A stretch of 64,000 nucleotides of DNA from Terriglobia bacterium. Its GTDB lineage: Bacteria > Acidobacteriota > Terriglobia > Bryobacterales > Bryobacteraceae. Location of the stretch: NCBI GenBank assembly GCA_963757265.1, contig CAVWRA010000010.1, positions 344,627-408,626 of the forward strand. The letters run 5' to 3'. The notes beneath the pieces were generated by a model that saw only the letters and a program-made list of their open reading frames with translations, was not told the DNA's origin and searched no databases. Below, piece after piece: positions 18,475 through 27,875 of the stretch (positions within the stretch are counted from its first letter, which is position 1; every line of letters starts with the position of its first letter). Made by a program: the position numbers and the translations under genes.

Positions 18475-21400
18475 ATGCTGCGCTCGCTGCTGGTTCTGGT
18501 TGCGTTCCTGGCTCTCGGGGCGGCCTTCGCTTGTCCCCAGGTTGCGACGACCAGTACGCTGGACGGCAGCGTGACCGATCCGCAGAAGACCGCGGTCGCC
18601 GGGGCCCAGGTGCTGGTTACGAACATCCATAACGGACAGACCTTCAAAGCCACCACCGACATCCGCGGCCACTGGCTGCTGCCGGCGATGTCGGAGGGCG
18701 TCTACAAAGTGTCCATCGCGATGAAAGGCTTCCGCACGTTCGTGCTCGAGAACGTCAAAATCGACGCCGCGATCCCCACTACCACCAATGCCCAGCTGGA
18801 GGTCGGTTCGGTCGCGGAAGTCGTGGACGTGCAGGGCGGTGCGGAGCTGGTGCAAACTACTGACGCGACAGTCAACAGCACACTGGAAGGGCGCATGGTG
18901 CTCGAACTGCCGGAAATCACCCGTGGCGGCCTGGACCTTCTGGTCTCCCAGCCGGGTGTGCAGACGGCCGGCGCGAACCGGTACTCCAGCATCAACGGAC
19001 TGCCCAACAGCGCGCTGAACGTCACCATCGACGGTTTGAATACGCAGGACCAGATGCTCAAGAGCAGCAACGGCTTCTTCACCTTCATCCCGATCACCGA
19101 TGACTCGATTGAGGAAGTCACTCTGACCACCTCGGCCGCGGGAGCCAACGCCACTGGGGAAGGGGCGGCCCAGATCAAGTTCGTGACCAAGAGCGGCACC
19201 AACGAGTTTCATGGCGGCGTTTTCGAGCAGATCCGCAATACCGCCCTGAATGCCAATTATTACTTCAACAATATCGACGGGCTGCCCCGCGACATTGTCC
19301 AGTTGAATCAGTTCGGAGGCCATGCCGGCGGGCCGATCTGGAAGAACAGGCTTTTCTTCTTCACGAACATTGAGCAGCGGATCCAGCCCGAGTCGGCGAG
19401 CGAAAGCTATACCGTTCTGACGCCCGCCGCGGTGAACGGCAACTATACCTACATGGATCCGGTGACCAACCAGCCCGTCACCGTCAACGTGCTGAAGCTG
19501 GCGCTGGATAACGGCTATCAGGGCACGGCGGATCCGATCATGGCCAAGACCTTTAACCAGATCAATTCGCTGGTCTCGGGCTCGCCCAACCTGATTAACA
19601 ACATCTCCTCCAGCGGCGACTACATTCGCGACACTTTCTATTACCAGGCCAAGGGGGAAGACAAGCGGCTGTTCACCGTCAGCCGGATCGATTACAACCT
19701 CAATTCCCGCAATCAGCTCTCAATCTCTTACTCCTACAACAAGTACAACGCCACTCCGGATATCCTGAACGGCGATGTGGCGCTGTTGCCGGGAACGGGC
19801 ACCGTGCTGGGCTCCCCGGCCGTGGGCGGCCAGCTCAGCAACCGCTTCGCGGGCATCATCGCCTTGCGTTCCACGATCAGTTCGCACCTGACCAACGAAT
19901 TCCGCGCCGGCCTGGACAGCGGCACACTCGTGTTCGACCCGCTGGCCGACGCGCCTGGATCGTATGCCCAGTGGCGCGGGTACAATATCGCGCTCAGCGC
20001 GGGCGAGGGCTACGCGGTGCCGGGCGACCCCGCTACGAACTCGCTGGTCTCGGCCTATGTCGGAGGTTCGCGGCACAATTCGCCCACCAAGAACCTCAGC
20101 GAAACCATGTCCTGGCTGAAGGGGCCGCACGTGGTCAGTTTTGGCGGCAACTGGACGCAGGTCAATCTGTGGGACCAGACCGTCGGCAACGAGAGCATTC
20201 CCACGCTGACGCTGGGCATCGACGCCGCACAAAACGATCCGATCCATAACGGCGGCCCGAGCGACATCTTCAGCAACGCGAATTTTCCGGACGCGCCGTA
20301 CTGGATCCTCGACGATGCCGCGGCGCTGTATGCCGACCTGACCGGCCGCGTGGCTTCGATCAACAAGTCGGTGGCCCTCAATTCCGCGGGCCAATATGGC
20401 GCCAATCCGCCGATCGACCACGTCCGGCAGCGCGAGTTTGGCCTGTTCGTCCAGGATTCCTGGAAGCTGCGCAAGAACTTCACCGTGGACCTGGGTTTGC
20501 GCTACGAGTGGGAAGGGCCGCTGGAGGATCTGACCGGCACCTACTCGTCGGTGACGCTGGCTTCGCTGTGGGGCATCTCCGGCATCGGCAATGAATTCCT
20601 GCCCGGCGTGGAGACCGGCGTGCAACCTCAATTCGTGAAGTATTTCACGCCCTATAACAACCTGCACCGCTGGAACCCGTCGGGCGGCTTTGCCTGGCAA
20701 CTGCCCGCCGGCCGGGGGCCGTTGCACTGGTTGCTGGGCGACCATCCCGGCACTACGGTGCTGCGCGCAGGCTACGCCATCAGCACCATCCGCGAGGGGA
20801 CCGCCATCCTGGAATACATGCTCGGTTCCAACCCCGGCCGGAGCGTGGACGATTCGGTGGATCCCGATAACTACCCGCAGTACTTCGGCGCCCCGGGCTC
20901 GGTCACTATCAGCAGCGCGACGCTGCCCACGCGCCCCTTCCCCGCGTCCCCGTCCTATCCTTTCTCGCCCCAACCGACCGACCCGCTCAACGGCTTCGAG
21001 CCCAATCTGAAGCTGGGCTACGTGCAGAGCTGGAATTTCGGCCTGCAGCGCGAGCTGGGCAAGAGTACCGTCGTGGAAGCCCGCTACACCGGCAACCATG
21101 GCACCGACCTGTGGCGCCAGATCTCTTTGAACGAAGTCAACATCTTTGAAAATGGGTTCCTGTCGGAATGGCACAACGCTTACAACAACCTGATGATCGC
21201 CCGGCAGGCCAATCCGACCAGCACCGACTTCGGCAACCAGGGGCTGCCCGGCCAGGTGAACATCCCATTCATCCAATTGGCTTATGGTCGGACCAGCTCC
21301 CAGAATTTCGTCAACCGCCTCCTGACCAACCAGCCGGGGCTTTACGCCAACCTCTTCTCCTATGCCCAACCGTACCTCAACAACTGGATGAGCACCGGCC

Positions 21401-22317
21401 AGTATCCGGCCAATCTGTTCATCGAGAATCCCGCCGTTTCGAGCGGCAACAGTTGGATCGTCGGCAACTGGGGCAGTTGCTACTACGACGCCCTGCAGAT
21501 CGAGGTCCGGCGGCGGATGAGCAAGGGCCTGATGCTCGAGGGGAGCTACGTCTGGTCGAAGTCGCTGGTCAACGGGCCGACGGCCGATTCCAGCCTTTAT
21601 TTCCCATCGCCGACCACGCTGCGCAATATCCATCTGGACAAGCAGCCCACGCCGTTCGACATCCCGCAGGCGCTCAAGCTGAACGTGATCTACGAGCTGC
21701 CGTTCGGCCCGGAGCGTCCCTTCCTGGCCAAGGCCCATCCGGTGGTGCGCAGGATCGTGGAAGGCTGGCAGATCGCCGCAGTCGACCGCAACCAGTCCGG
21801 CACGCCCTCCCAACTGCTCTCGGGCCTCGACGGAATCAACCAGAACGACCCTGGCGTCGTGCTGCACAACATGACAGCCTCGCAACCGCAAAGCATGATG
21901 GGGATCGTCAAGACCACGGGTTCCAATGGCACCGGGCTGGTCTCCTATCTCCCCCAGTCACTGATCGACAACAGCGTGGCCGCATTCCAAACCGGCGGCC
22001 AGCCCCTGAATCCCAACGCGCCCTACATCGGGCCGCAACTGACCGCCGGCCAGCTCGGCTACGAGGTCTTTCTGTGGGGCCCGTGGCAGAACCATCTCGA
22101 CCTGAACCTCACCCGGACCACGACCATCAAGGAGCGCTACAAGGTCGAATTCACGGCCCAATTCCTCAACGTGCTCAACATCACCAACTTCCAACTTTCC
22201 AATACGACCCTGATCGACGCCAACTTCGGCCAGACCACTTCCGCCTACCAGGACCTCTCCAACGCGCAGGACCCTGGCGCGCGCATGATCGAGTTCCGTC
22301 TGCGGGTCAACTTCTGA
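18475..22317 (+). CDS. giant TonB-dependent-receptor-like outer-membrane protein with CarboxypepD_reg N-terminal domain
   Basis: Signal peptide MLRSLLVLVAFLALGAAFA from ATG 18475. GSVTDPQKTAVAGAQVLVTNIHNGQTFKATTDIRGHWLLPAMSEGVYKVSIAMKGF is a carboxypeptidase-regulatory-like fold. Plug-like region, long beta-rich body, terminal ...EFRLRVNF aromatic residue. The ORF-track start at 18304 is an unlikely extension. Confidence 0.85.
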   Translation: MLRSLLVLVAFLALGAAFACPQVATTSTLDGSVTDPQKTAVAGAQVLVTNIHNGQTFKATTDIRGHWLLPAMSEGVYKVSIAMKGFRTFVLENVKIDAAIPTTTNAQLEVGSVAEVVDVQGGAELVQTTDATVNSTLEGRMVLELPEITRGGLDLLVSQPGVQTAGANRYSSINGLPNSALNVTIDGLNTQDQMLKSSNGFFTFIPITDDSIEEVTLTTSAAGANATGEGAAQIKFVTKSGTNEFHGGVFEQIRNTALNANYYFNNIDGLPRDIVQLNQFGGHAGGPIWKNRLFFFTNIEQRIQPESASESYTVLTPAAVNGNYTYMDPVTNQPVTVNVLKLALDNGYQGTADPIMAKTFNQINSLVSGSPNLINNISSSGDYIRDTFYYQAKGEDKRLFTVSRIDYNLNSRNQLSISYSYNKYNATPDILNGDVALLPGTGTVLGSPAVGGQLSNRFAGIIALRSTISSHLTNEFRAGLDSGTLVFDPLADAPGSYAQWRGYNIALSAGEGYAVPGDPATNSLVSAYVGGSRHNSPTKNLSETMSWLKGPHVVSFGGNWTQVNLWDQTVGNESIPTLTLGIDAAQNDPIHNGGPSDIFSNANFPDAPYWILDDAAALYADLTGRVASINKSVALNSAGQYGANPPIDHVRQREFGLFVQDSWKLRKNFTVDLGLRYEWEGPLEDLTGTYSSVTLASLWGISGIGNEFLPGVETGVQPQFVKYFTPYNNLHRWNPSGGFAWQLPAGRGPLHWLLGDHPGTTVLRAGYAISTIREGTAILEYMLGSNPGRSVDDSVDPDNYPQYFGAPGSVTISSATLPTRPFPASPSYPFSPQPTDPLNGFEPNLKLGYVQSWNFGLQRELGKSTVVEARYTGNHGTDLWRQISLNEVNIFENGFLSEWHNAYNNLMIARQANPTSTDFGNQGLPGQVNIPFIQLAYGRTSSQNFVNRLLTNQPGLYANLFSYAQPYLNNWMSTGQYPANLFIENPAVSSGNSWIVGNWGSCYYDALQIEVRRRMSKGLMLEGSYVWSKSLVNGPTADSSLYFPSPTTLRNIHLDKQPTPFDIPQALKLNVIYELPFGPERPFLAKAHPVVRRIVEGWQIAAVDRNQSGTPSQLLSGLDGINQNDPGVVLHNMTASQPQSMMGIVKTTGSNGTGLVSYLPQSLIDNSVAAFQTGGQPLNPNAPYIGPQLTAGQLGYEVFLWGPWQNHLDLNLTRTTTIKERYKVEFTAQFLNVLNITNFQLSNTTLIDANFGQTTSAYQDLSNAQDPGARMIEFRLRVNF

Positions 22318-22334
22318 GCCGCGCGGGCGGCGGG

Positions 22335-22625
22335 AGTGCGATTGGTGGAGCCTGGGAGGGGCGTTCGCGCGGAATTGGAGGAACAAAGCCAAGCGCGACA
22401 CTTATGTCGCAAAGTGTCGCATTTCGTCATACGGCGTGTGACGGCAGATGATCCGGGAAAGATCGGGTTGGGAGGCGAGAAAGGATAGGTAAGAATCGTT
22501 GAATCAGATTGATACATGGAAGAAGGCGGTTCCGATTGGATGGTGAGCCGGGTGAGTAAGTATGACAATTCGACAGGATGTGGTGTCGTGTCGAAATGTC
22601 GAATTGGCGGGTTCGCAGGGCTGGG
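22335..22625 (+). repeat. conserved non-coding module with TGTCG boxes (copy B)
   Basis: Left arm 22338-22442 and right arm 22561-22625 align to the reverse complement of 39945-40260, including a 13/13 match GAGGAACAAAGCC. The two arms are themselves imperfect inverted repeats. Reading frames are not conserved between copies. Confidence 0.6.
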
Positions 22626-22777
22626 GTGAGCGGTCGAGGCGGTGGCCGGAGGGGACACTCTGCGCGTGCCACGGCGGCACGCTTGGGTTCCCTCGGCGCG
22701 ACGTTCAGAGGCTGTCGATCAAGCGCCGCGGGCCTTGGTGTCCCCATCCGGGAGCGGCCTCATTGCGCAACGTAGCC

Positions 22778-22895
22778 CCAAGTACGCCTGCGGGCGGCTA
22801 CGGCGAGCGCGCCTTGTGGCGTCTGTTGATGTCAGGGTTTGATGTTGGGACCCTCTCATCGCGCCTCGCTGCGATCGTGGTGCAACATCCGGGCT
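22778..22895 (+). repeat. family-1 MITE-like element, right half only (copy c)
   Basis: CCAAGTACGCCTGCGGGCGGCT...CATCGCGCCTCGCTGCGATCGTGGTGCAACATCCGGGCT matches the right half of 12436-12620. The left TIR is absent. The end overlaps the stop codon of the M55 peptidase gene by 2 nt. Confidence 0.6.
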
Positions 22896-23736
22896 AGAAC
22901 AGCGAGTAGCGGGTCCACGCTTCCAGAAAATCCTTGCCGTGGTAGCGGATCGTACGGTCGTCCACCACCTCCGCGCCGGGCCGCAATCCGGCGTCGATGG
23001 GCAGTGAATTGCGGGTCGTGTACTCGATTTCCACCGTCACCGGCCCGGCGATGCGATACGGCTGGATGGCGCCGATTTTGGCCATCGCCCGTCGCGCCTG
23101 CCCGCGTGTCCGCTCGCGCGCCGCTTCGGCCGACAGGGAGAGGCAGGCGTATCTTCCCAGCCCCTCCTTGACCGCCACCGTCTCCGCCTGGGGCACAATC
23201 GCGTGCAGCTCGTCCACCGCCGCCACGTCGCCCGAGAGGAACACCACCGGCGTGTCGAAGGCCCCCGCCAGCGCCGCCCGCGTTTCGATCTCGCCCATCG
23301 CCTTCCCGTTGACGCGCATCGTCTGTATGCCCAGCGAGCTGTAGCTGTGGGCCATCACGCCGCCCCGCACGTTGGCCTGCGGATGTTGTCCCACGAAGGC
23401 CACGGCACTGTAACGCCGTTCCAGCGTCATCGTCGCCCCCAGCCCGCCGATCAGCAGCCGGGCGCGGGGATGAATCGTCAGCGCCGACAGCGTCTGGCTG
23501 CCGTCATGGCCGTCCCACACGATCACTTCATCGGCCCCGCCATCGAGGAACCCTTGCACGGCGGCGTTCACTTCGCCGGTCAGCAGTTGCCGCAGTTCGG
23601 CGTCGTGGGGTTCGGTCAAATCCTGGCGGCAGACCCCGGCGATGCCCTCCGCGTCGGTAATCACGAAGACACTCTTCCTGGCCTGCGGCCACAGCGGAAG
23701 CGTAGTCAGAAGAGCCAGCGGGAGGAGGCGTCGCAT
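22894..23736 (-). CDS. M55-family D-aminopeptidase (DppA-like), secreted
   Basis: From ATG 23736: MRRLLPLALLTTLPLWPQARKSVFVITDAEGIAGV..., VIVWDGHDGS, FVGQHPQANVRGGVMAHSYS, typical of peptidase M55. The ORF-track start at 24033 is an Arg-rich extension overlapping the next gene. Confidence 0.8.
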   Translation of the reverse strand: MRRLLPLALLTTLPLWPQARKSVFVITDAEGIAGVCRQDLTEPHDAELRQLLTGEVNAAVQGFLDGGADEVIVWDGHDGSQTLSALTIHPRARLLIGGLGATMTLERRYSAVAFVGQHPQANVRGGVMAHSYSSLGIQTMRVNGKAMGEIETRAALAGAFDTPVVFLSGDVAAVDELHAIVPQAETVAVKEGLGRYACLSLSAEAARERTRGQARRAMAKIGAIQPYRIAGPVTVEIEYTTRNSLPIDAGLRPGAEVVDDRTIRYHGKDFLEAWTRYSLF

Positions 23737-23992
23737 GTCGAGTAGTATACGCCGCGGCAATCCGCCCGGCCCGTGGTGATGTGCGGATTCCGCCCGCTGA
23801 CAGGCGCGATGCCGCCTCCGGCAACCCCAGGCAGTATTGGAAGCTCCCCAGCGGCGGCCACATCGCCGCACACAAAGTCGCGCGCCGGGAGCACGAGCGC
23901 CGGGTGAGCGAATTCTTCGCGCAGAACCTGTTCTGAGAACGCGCTCTCGCTTCTTTACTGATTCACCCGCCAATCCAGCGGCAGGCCCGGTT

Positions 23993-24244
23993 TCAGCCTC
24001 TCCGCGCGATGGCGTGATAGACCACCAGCACAACCACCGATCCGATCGCCGCCACCAACAGACTGTAGAAGTTCAGTCCGCTGACGCCCGAGGCTCCAAA
24101 CACTCGGAACAGCCAGCCGCCGACAAAGGCGCCGACCACACCCAGCACGATGTCGCGCAGGATGCCCTGCCCGCTGCTGTTGACGATCTTGCTGCCAATA
24201 TAGCCCGCAATCAGGCCCAGAACCAGCCACGCTAGGAACGACAT
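23993..24244 (-). CDS. GlsB/YeaQ/YmgE-family stress-response membrane protein
   Basis: 83 aa, MSFLAWLVLGLIAGYIGSKIV...GILRDIVLGVVGAFVGGWLF is the transglycosylase-associated-protein family signature. Confidence 0.8.
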   Translation of the reverse strand: MSFLAWLVLGLIAGYIGSKIVNSSGQGILRDIVLGVVGAFVGGWLFRVFGASGVSGLNFYSLLVAAIGSVVVLVVYHAIARRG

Positions 24245-24371
24245 AGTGTCTCCTCTCCATCTCGTCAGTCGACGCTGAGCACCGCCTTCACCAGAGTGTA
24301 CGACTGAACGTCTAAGCGATCCACCTTATTCCGCACCCGCATCCCGCGCCACGCTCGCCGCGCGGTGTGGG

Positions 24372-25232
24372 ATGATGCTACCGATGCCGCAGCGAGTCCT
24401 GATCCTCGGCGCCCAGGGGATGCTGGGTACGCAACTGGCGCGGCTCTACCCGCAGGCCCTGGCCTGGGACAAGGGCGATGTGGACGTGCTGGACGCCAAG
24501 CGCTTCGAGACCCGGTTTCGGGCCGCCGCAGCGGACCTCGACGCAGTGGTGAACTGCGTCGCTTACAACGACGTGGACGGCGCCGAGGATAATCCCGGGT
24601 TGGCCTTCGAGCTTAACGGCGCCTTCCCCGGACGGCTGGCCGCGCTGTGCCGCGAGCTGCGCCGGACTGTGGTGCACTACAGCACCAACTACGTTTTCGA
24701 CGGCAAGAAGGGCGAGTACTTTGAAACCGACCCGCCCAGCCCGTTGTCGGTCTACGCCCGCTCCAAGCTGCGTGGCGAACGCACCGTGGCCGCCGCGACC
24801 GACGATTTCTACCTGGTGCGCACCGCTGTCATGTTCGGTCCCCGGGGCTGCAGCGAGGATTCCAAGCGCAGCTTTGTCGAGTTGATGATGGACCTGGCCA
24901 CCGAGCGCGACACCATTCAGGCCGTCAGCGACGAAATCAACAGCGTCACCTACGCCCCCGACCTGGCGCAAGCGACTTCAGCGCTGCTCGAATCGAAGGC
25001 CCCGTACGGCGTGTATCACCTCACCAACTCCGGCGCGGCCAGTTGGTATGAGCTGGCGCGCGCCATCTTCGAGCTCACACCCCGCAAACCGCAACTGATC
25101 GCGGTGCCCGCAGCGGCGTTCCCCCGCCAGGCGCAGCGCCCCGCCAAGGCGGTTCTCCTGAACACCAAGACCGACCCGTTGCGGCCTTGGCAAGAGGCCC
25201 TGCGCGAGTTCGCCGCCGGTCGTCCGGCCTGA
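24372..25232 (+). CDS. rfbD: dTDP-4-dehydrorhamnose reductase
   Basis: VLILGAQGMLG Rossmann motif, VVNCVAYNDVDGAE, YSTNYVFDG, YARSKLRGE (YxxxK), RTAVMFG are RmlD-family features. Start probably ATG 24384. Confidence 0.85.
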   Translation: MMLPMPQRVLILGAQGMLGTQLARLYPQALAWDKGDVDVLDAKRFETRFRAAAADLDAVVNCVAYNDVDGAEDNPGLAFELNGAFPGRLAALCRELRRTVVHYSTNYVFDGKKGEYFETDPPSPLSVYARSKLRGERTVAAATDDFYLVRTAVMFGPRGCSEDSKRSFVELMMDLATERDTIQAVSDEINSVTYAPDLAQATSALLESKAPYGVYHLTNSGAASWYELARAIFELTPRKPQLIAVPAAAFPRQAQRPAKAVLLNTKTDPLRPWQEALREFAAGRPA

Positions 25233-25487
25233 CCCGATTTCGGCGGCAGCGGTCGGCGCGTGGGAGAAGCGCGCAGGATACGCTGAAAGCACGGGCCTTC
25301 CAGGTTCGAGCCGCCTACGGCGGGCGAAATGTGAGTCCGATGGATTAAAACACCGGCGCCAAGAGGGAAATATGCCTCGCGCAGGATGAAAAGTTGACGG
25401 CTGAGTGTAGACTGGTCGAGGTTTGAGGACCAAGATCGGGATTTCGGATACTCGCATCAGACCAGGAAGCCGGAACGGAGGCTCTAA

Positions 25488-26801
25488 ATGACTGTGCAAT
25501 CCATGTCCGCTACGTCGGCTTCGCCGGGACCTGCCTTGAAGCGCCTGTCAGCGCTCCGCGAGCCCATCCGGATCGCCCTCATCGGCATGGGCGCCATGGG
25601 CAAAGGTCTGCTCTACCAGTGCCGCATTACTCCGGGCATGCAATGCGTGGCGATGGCCGACATCGCACCGCAACGGGCCATCCAATGCGCCGAGATGTTC
25701 CATCTCCCTTACAAGCTGGCTCGCACGGCCGGCGAAGTGAGCGACGCGATTCGCGGCGGTTGCACGGCCATTTGTGAAGACGGCGATCTGGTGGCGGGTT
25801 GCGTAAACGCAACTCTCCTGGTCGAGTCCTCCAGTGCCATCGCCGCGGGCGGCCGATACGCCGTTACGGCGCTCCAGGCGGGAAAGCACGTCGTGATGAT
25901 GAACTCGGAAGCTGACCTGATCTTCGGTCCCTACCTCATGCAACTGGCCCACCAGCGCGGCCTCGTTTATTCCAGTTGCGATGGCGACCAGCACGGAGTC
26001 ATACGCCGGCTGGTGGATCAGATCCGGCTGTGGGGATTCGACCTTGTCATGGCCGGAAACATCAAGGGCTTCCTCGACCGCTATTCCAACCCCACCAAGA
26101 TCATTCCCGAGGCCGACGCCCGCAATCTCGATTACAAGATGGCGACGGCGTACACCGACGGAACAAAGTTGTGCATCGAAATGGCGCTGGTGGCCAATGC
26201 CTTGGGTTTGCGGACGCGCCGGCCGGGCATGTCCGGACCTCCGGCCAAGCATGTCAACGAGGTTTTCCGGCTGTTCGATTTTGAGTCTCTGTGGGCCGAG
26301 CGGGAACCTTGCGTGGACTACATCCTCGGCGCCGAGCCAGGGGGCGGCGTGTTCGCCATTGGAGCCTGTGAAGACCCCTACCAGCGCTCGATGATGGCTT
26401 ACTACAAAATGGGCCCCGGCCCGTTCTATTTGTTTTACCGGCCATACCATCTGTGCCACGTGGAGGCGATGGAGTGCATCGCCGATGCGCAGCTCGACGG
26501 GCGCTCCCTGCTCGAGCCGGCGTACGGCTTCCGGACCAACGTGTTCGCCTATGCCAAGCGCGATCTGAAAGCCGGCGAGACGATCGACGGCATCGGCGGC
26601 TACGCGTGTTATGGCCAGATCGAGAACTGCGAAAACGGCAGCCATCCGGGTCTTCCGATTTGTCTCGCCGAGAATCTGGTGCTGCGGCGCGACCTCCCGC
26701 GAGACTCCGCCATCCTGTTGAGCGACGTAGAGGCTCCCCTGGACCGGTCCGATTTCGAGTTGTATGGACGCGCGCTGGCGGCAGCGCTACGGGCGTCATG
26801 A
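25488..26801 (+). CDS. NAD(P)-binding oxidoreductase with C-terminal SAF domain (COG4091-like)
   Basis: IRIALIGMGAMGKG Rossmann start. C-terminal RDLKAGETIDGIGGYACYGQIEN resembles SAF/AFP-like domains seen in sugar-modification loci. Confidence 0.6.
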   Translation: MTVQSMSATSASPGPALKRLSALREPIRIALIGMGAMGKGLLYQCRITPGMQCVAMADIAPQRAIQCAEMFHLPYKLARTAGEVSDAIRGGCTAICEDGDLVAGCVNATLLVESSSAIAAGGRYAVTALQAGKHVVMMNSEADLIFGPYLMQLAHQRGLVYSSCDGDQHGVIRRLVDQIRLWGFDLVMAGNIKGFLDRYSNPTKIIPEADARNLDYKMATAYTDGTKLCIEMALVANALGLRTRRPGMSGPPAKHVNEVFRLFDFESLWAEREPCVDYILGAEPGGGVFAIGACEDPYQRSMMAYYKMGPGPFYLFYRPYHLCHVEAMECIADAQLDGRSLLEPAYGFRTNVFAYAKRDLKAGETIDGIGGYACYGQIENCENGSHPGLPICLAENLVLRRDLPRDSAILLSDVEAPLDRSDFELYGRALAAALRAS

Positions 26802-27703
26802 AACTCGGAATCGTGGTCGTGTACCTGGTTGCCGAGGACGATGAGCGGCTGCTGGATATTCATCTCCGGAAAATCGAGAACAACACCGCCGTGCCGTATC
26901 GCATCTACGCCGCCGCAAACCGTCTGCTGCCGCGCTTTCGGGACCGGCTCGCGCGGCTGCCCTACGTGACCATCTGCCCCATTCCAGAAGTCCCTCCCGG
27001 GGCCTCCGAGCACCCGTATTACCTGGACCGGCTGGTCAACGCCGCGGTGCGGGACGGGGCCACTCACATTTGCACCTTGCACGTCGATTCTTTTCCGGTC
27101 CGGGCGGGGTGGGCCGAGGAATTGGCGGCCCAGCTCCACGGGCGATGCGTACTGGCTGCCATCCAACGGGACAAACTGACCGACCGCAAGCCAGTCACCG
27201 AGTGCATGTTCTTCACGCGCGAGTTCTACCTTGCGCACCGCCCCACCTTTCGGATGCCGGAGCACCTGCTCGCGTCGGCCGAATACCAGCGCTACTCGCT
27301 CGCCTGCCCACACTGCCCGGATTCCGGAGTGGGTTACGGCTTCGCAATCTGGGTCGCGCAACTGGAGTGGTTCCCCTTGCTGCGCGTGGACCGCGACAGG
27401 AATCGCTACTATTCCGGCGGGCTGTACGGGGATCTGATCTTCCACCTGGGGGGCGCCGTGATGCACGGCGCCGGCCCGCACGCTACGTCCGCGGCCCAGG
27501 TGCGCGCGGCAAAGCTTATGAGCCGATTGCGCTCCATGGCCGTGGTACTCCTCCCGTGGCAACTCAGGCGGCGCTTCCTGGATATCTTCGGACTGAGCCG
27601 GTGGGTCCACGAGAACTTTACGACGCCTGCTCTTGAAGCCAACAAGGCAGCACTGCTGGCCGACCCGGACCGATTTCTGCGCGAAATTCAAAACCAGCAC
27701 TGA
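26798..27703 (+). CDS. hypothetical protein (possible nucleotide-sugar-transferase-like fold)
   Basis: ATG 26798 overlaps the upstream stop as ATGA (translational coupling). MKLGIVVVYLVAEDDERLLDIHL...LHVDSFPV loosely recalls GT-A folds. Function unassigned. The ORF-track start at 26453 is an out-of-gene extension. Confidence 0.5.
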   Translation: MKLGIVVVYLVAEDDERLLDIHLRKIENNTAVPYRIYAAANRLLPRFRDRLARLPYVTICPIPEVPPGASEHPYYLDRLVNAAVRDGATHICTLHVDSFPVRAGWAEELAAQLHGRCVLAAIQRDKLTDRKPVTECMFFTREFYLAHRPTFRMPEHLLASAEYQRYSLACPHCPDSGVGYGFAIWVAQLEWFPLLRVDRDRNRYYSGGLYGDLIFHLGGAVMHGAGPHATSAAQVRAAKLMSRLRSMAVVLLPWQLRRRFLDIFGLSRWVHENFTTPALEANKAALLADPDRFLREIQNQH

Positions 27704-27708
27704 CTGAA

Positions 27709-27794
27709 TCCTGGTCGAACGCAAAACCGACCCGTTGCGCTCCTGGCAAGAGGCCCTGCGCGAGTTCGCCGCCGGCCACCTGGTCTGACCCGAT
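27709..27794 (+). pseudogene. displaced remnant of an rfbD 3' end
   Basis: Reads LVERKTDPLRSWQEALREFAAGHLV* versus the intact rfbD tail LLNTKTDPLRPWQEALREFAAGRPA* (25156-25238). The stop codon is at the equivalent position. A 33-nt core is identical. Confidence 0.6.
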
Positions 27795-27875
27795 GGCCCC
27801 TGTCGAGGCCCTCCAAAGCCCGGGAGAATGCCTTCGAGTGAGGCCATCCTGAAAACGGAATCAGCAGGCTGCGGT

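Noticed and set aside
22395-22610. Possible CRISPR array or iterons, suggested by the repeated TGTCG boxes.
   Set aside because: The repeats are 5-8 nt at 6-10 nt spacing. They are not 24-48-nt repeats with unique spacers, and no cas genes are present. Reported instead as a repeat module.
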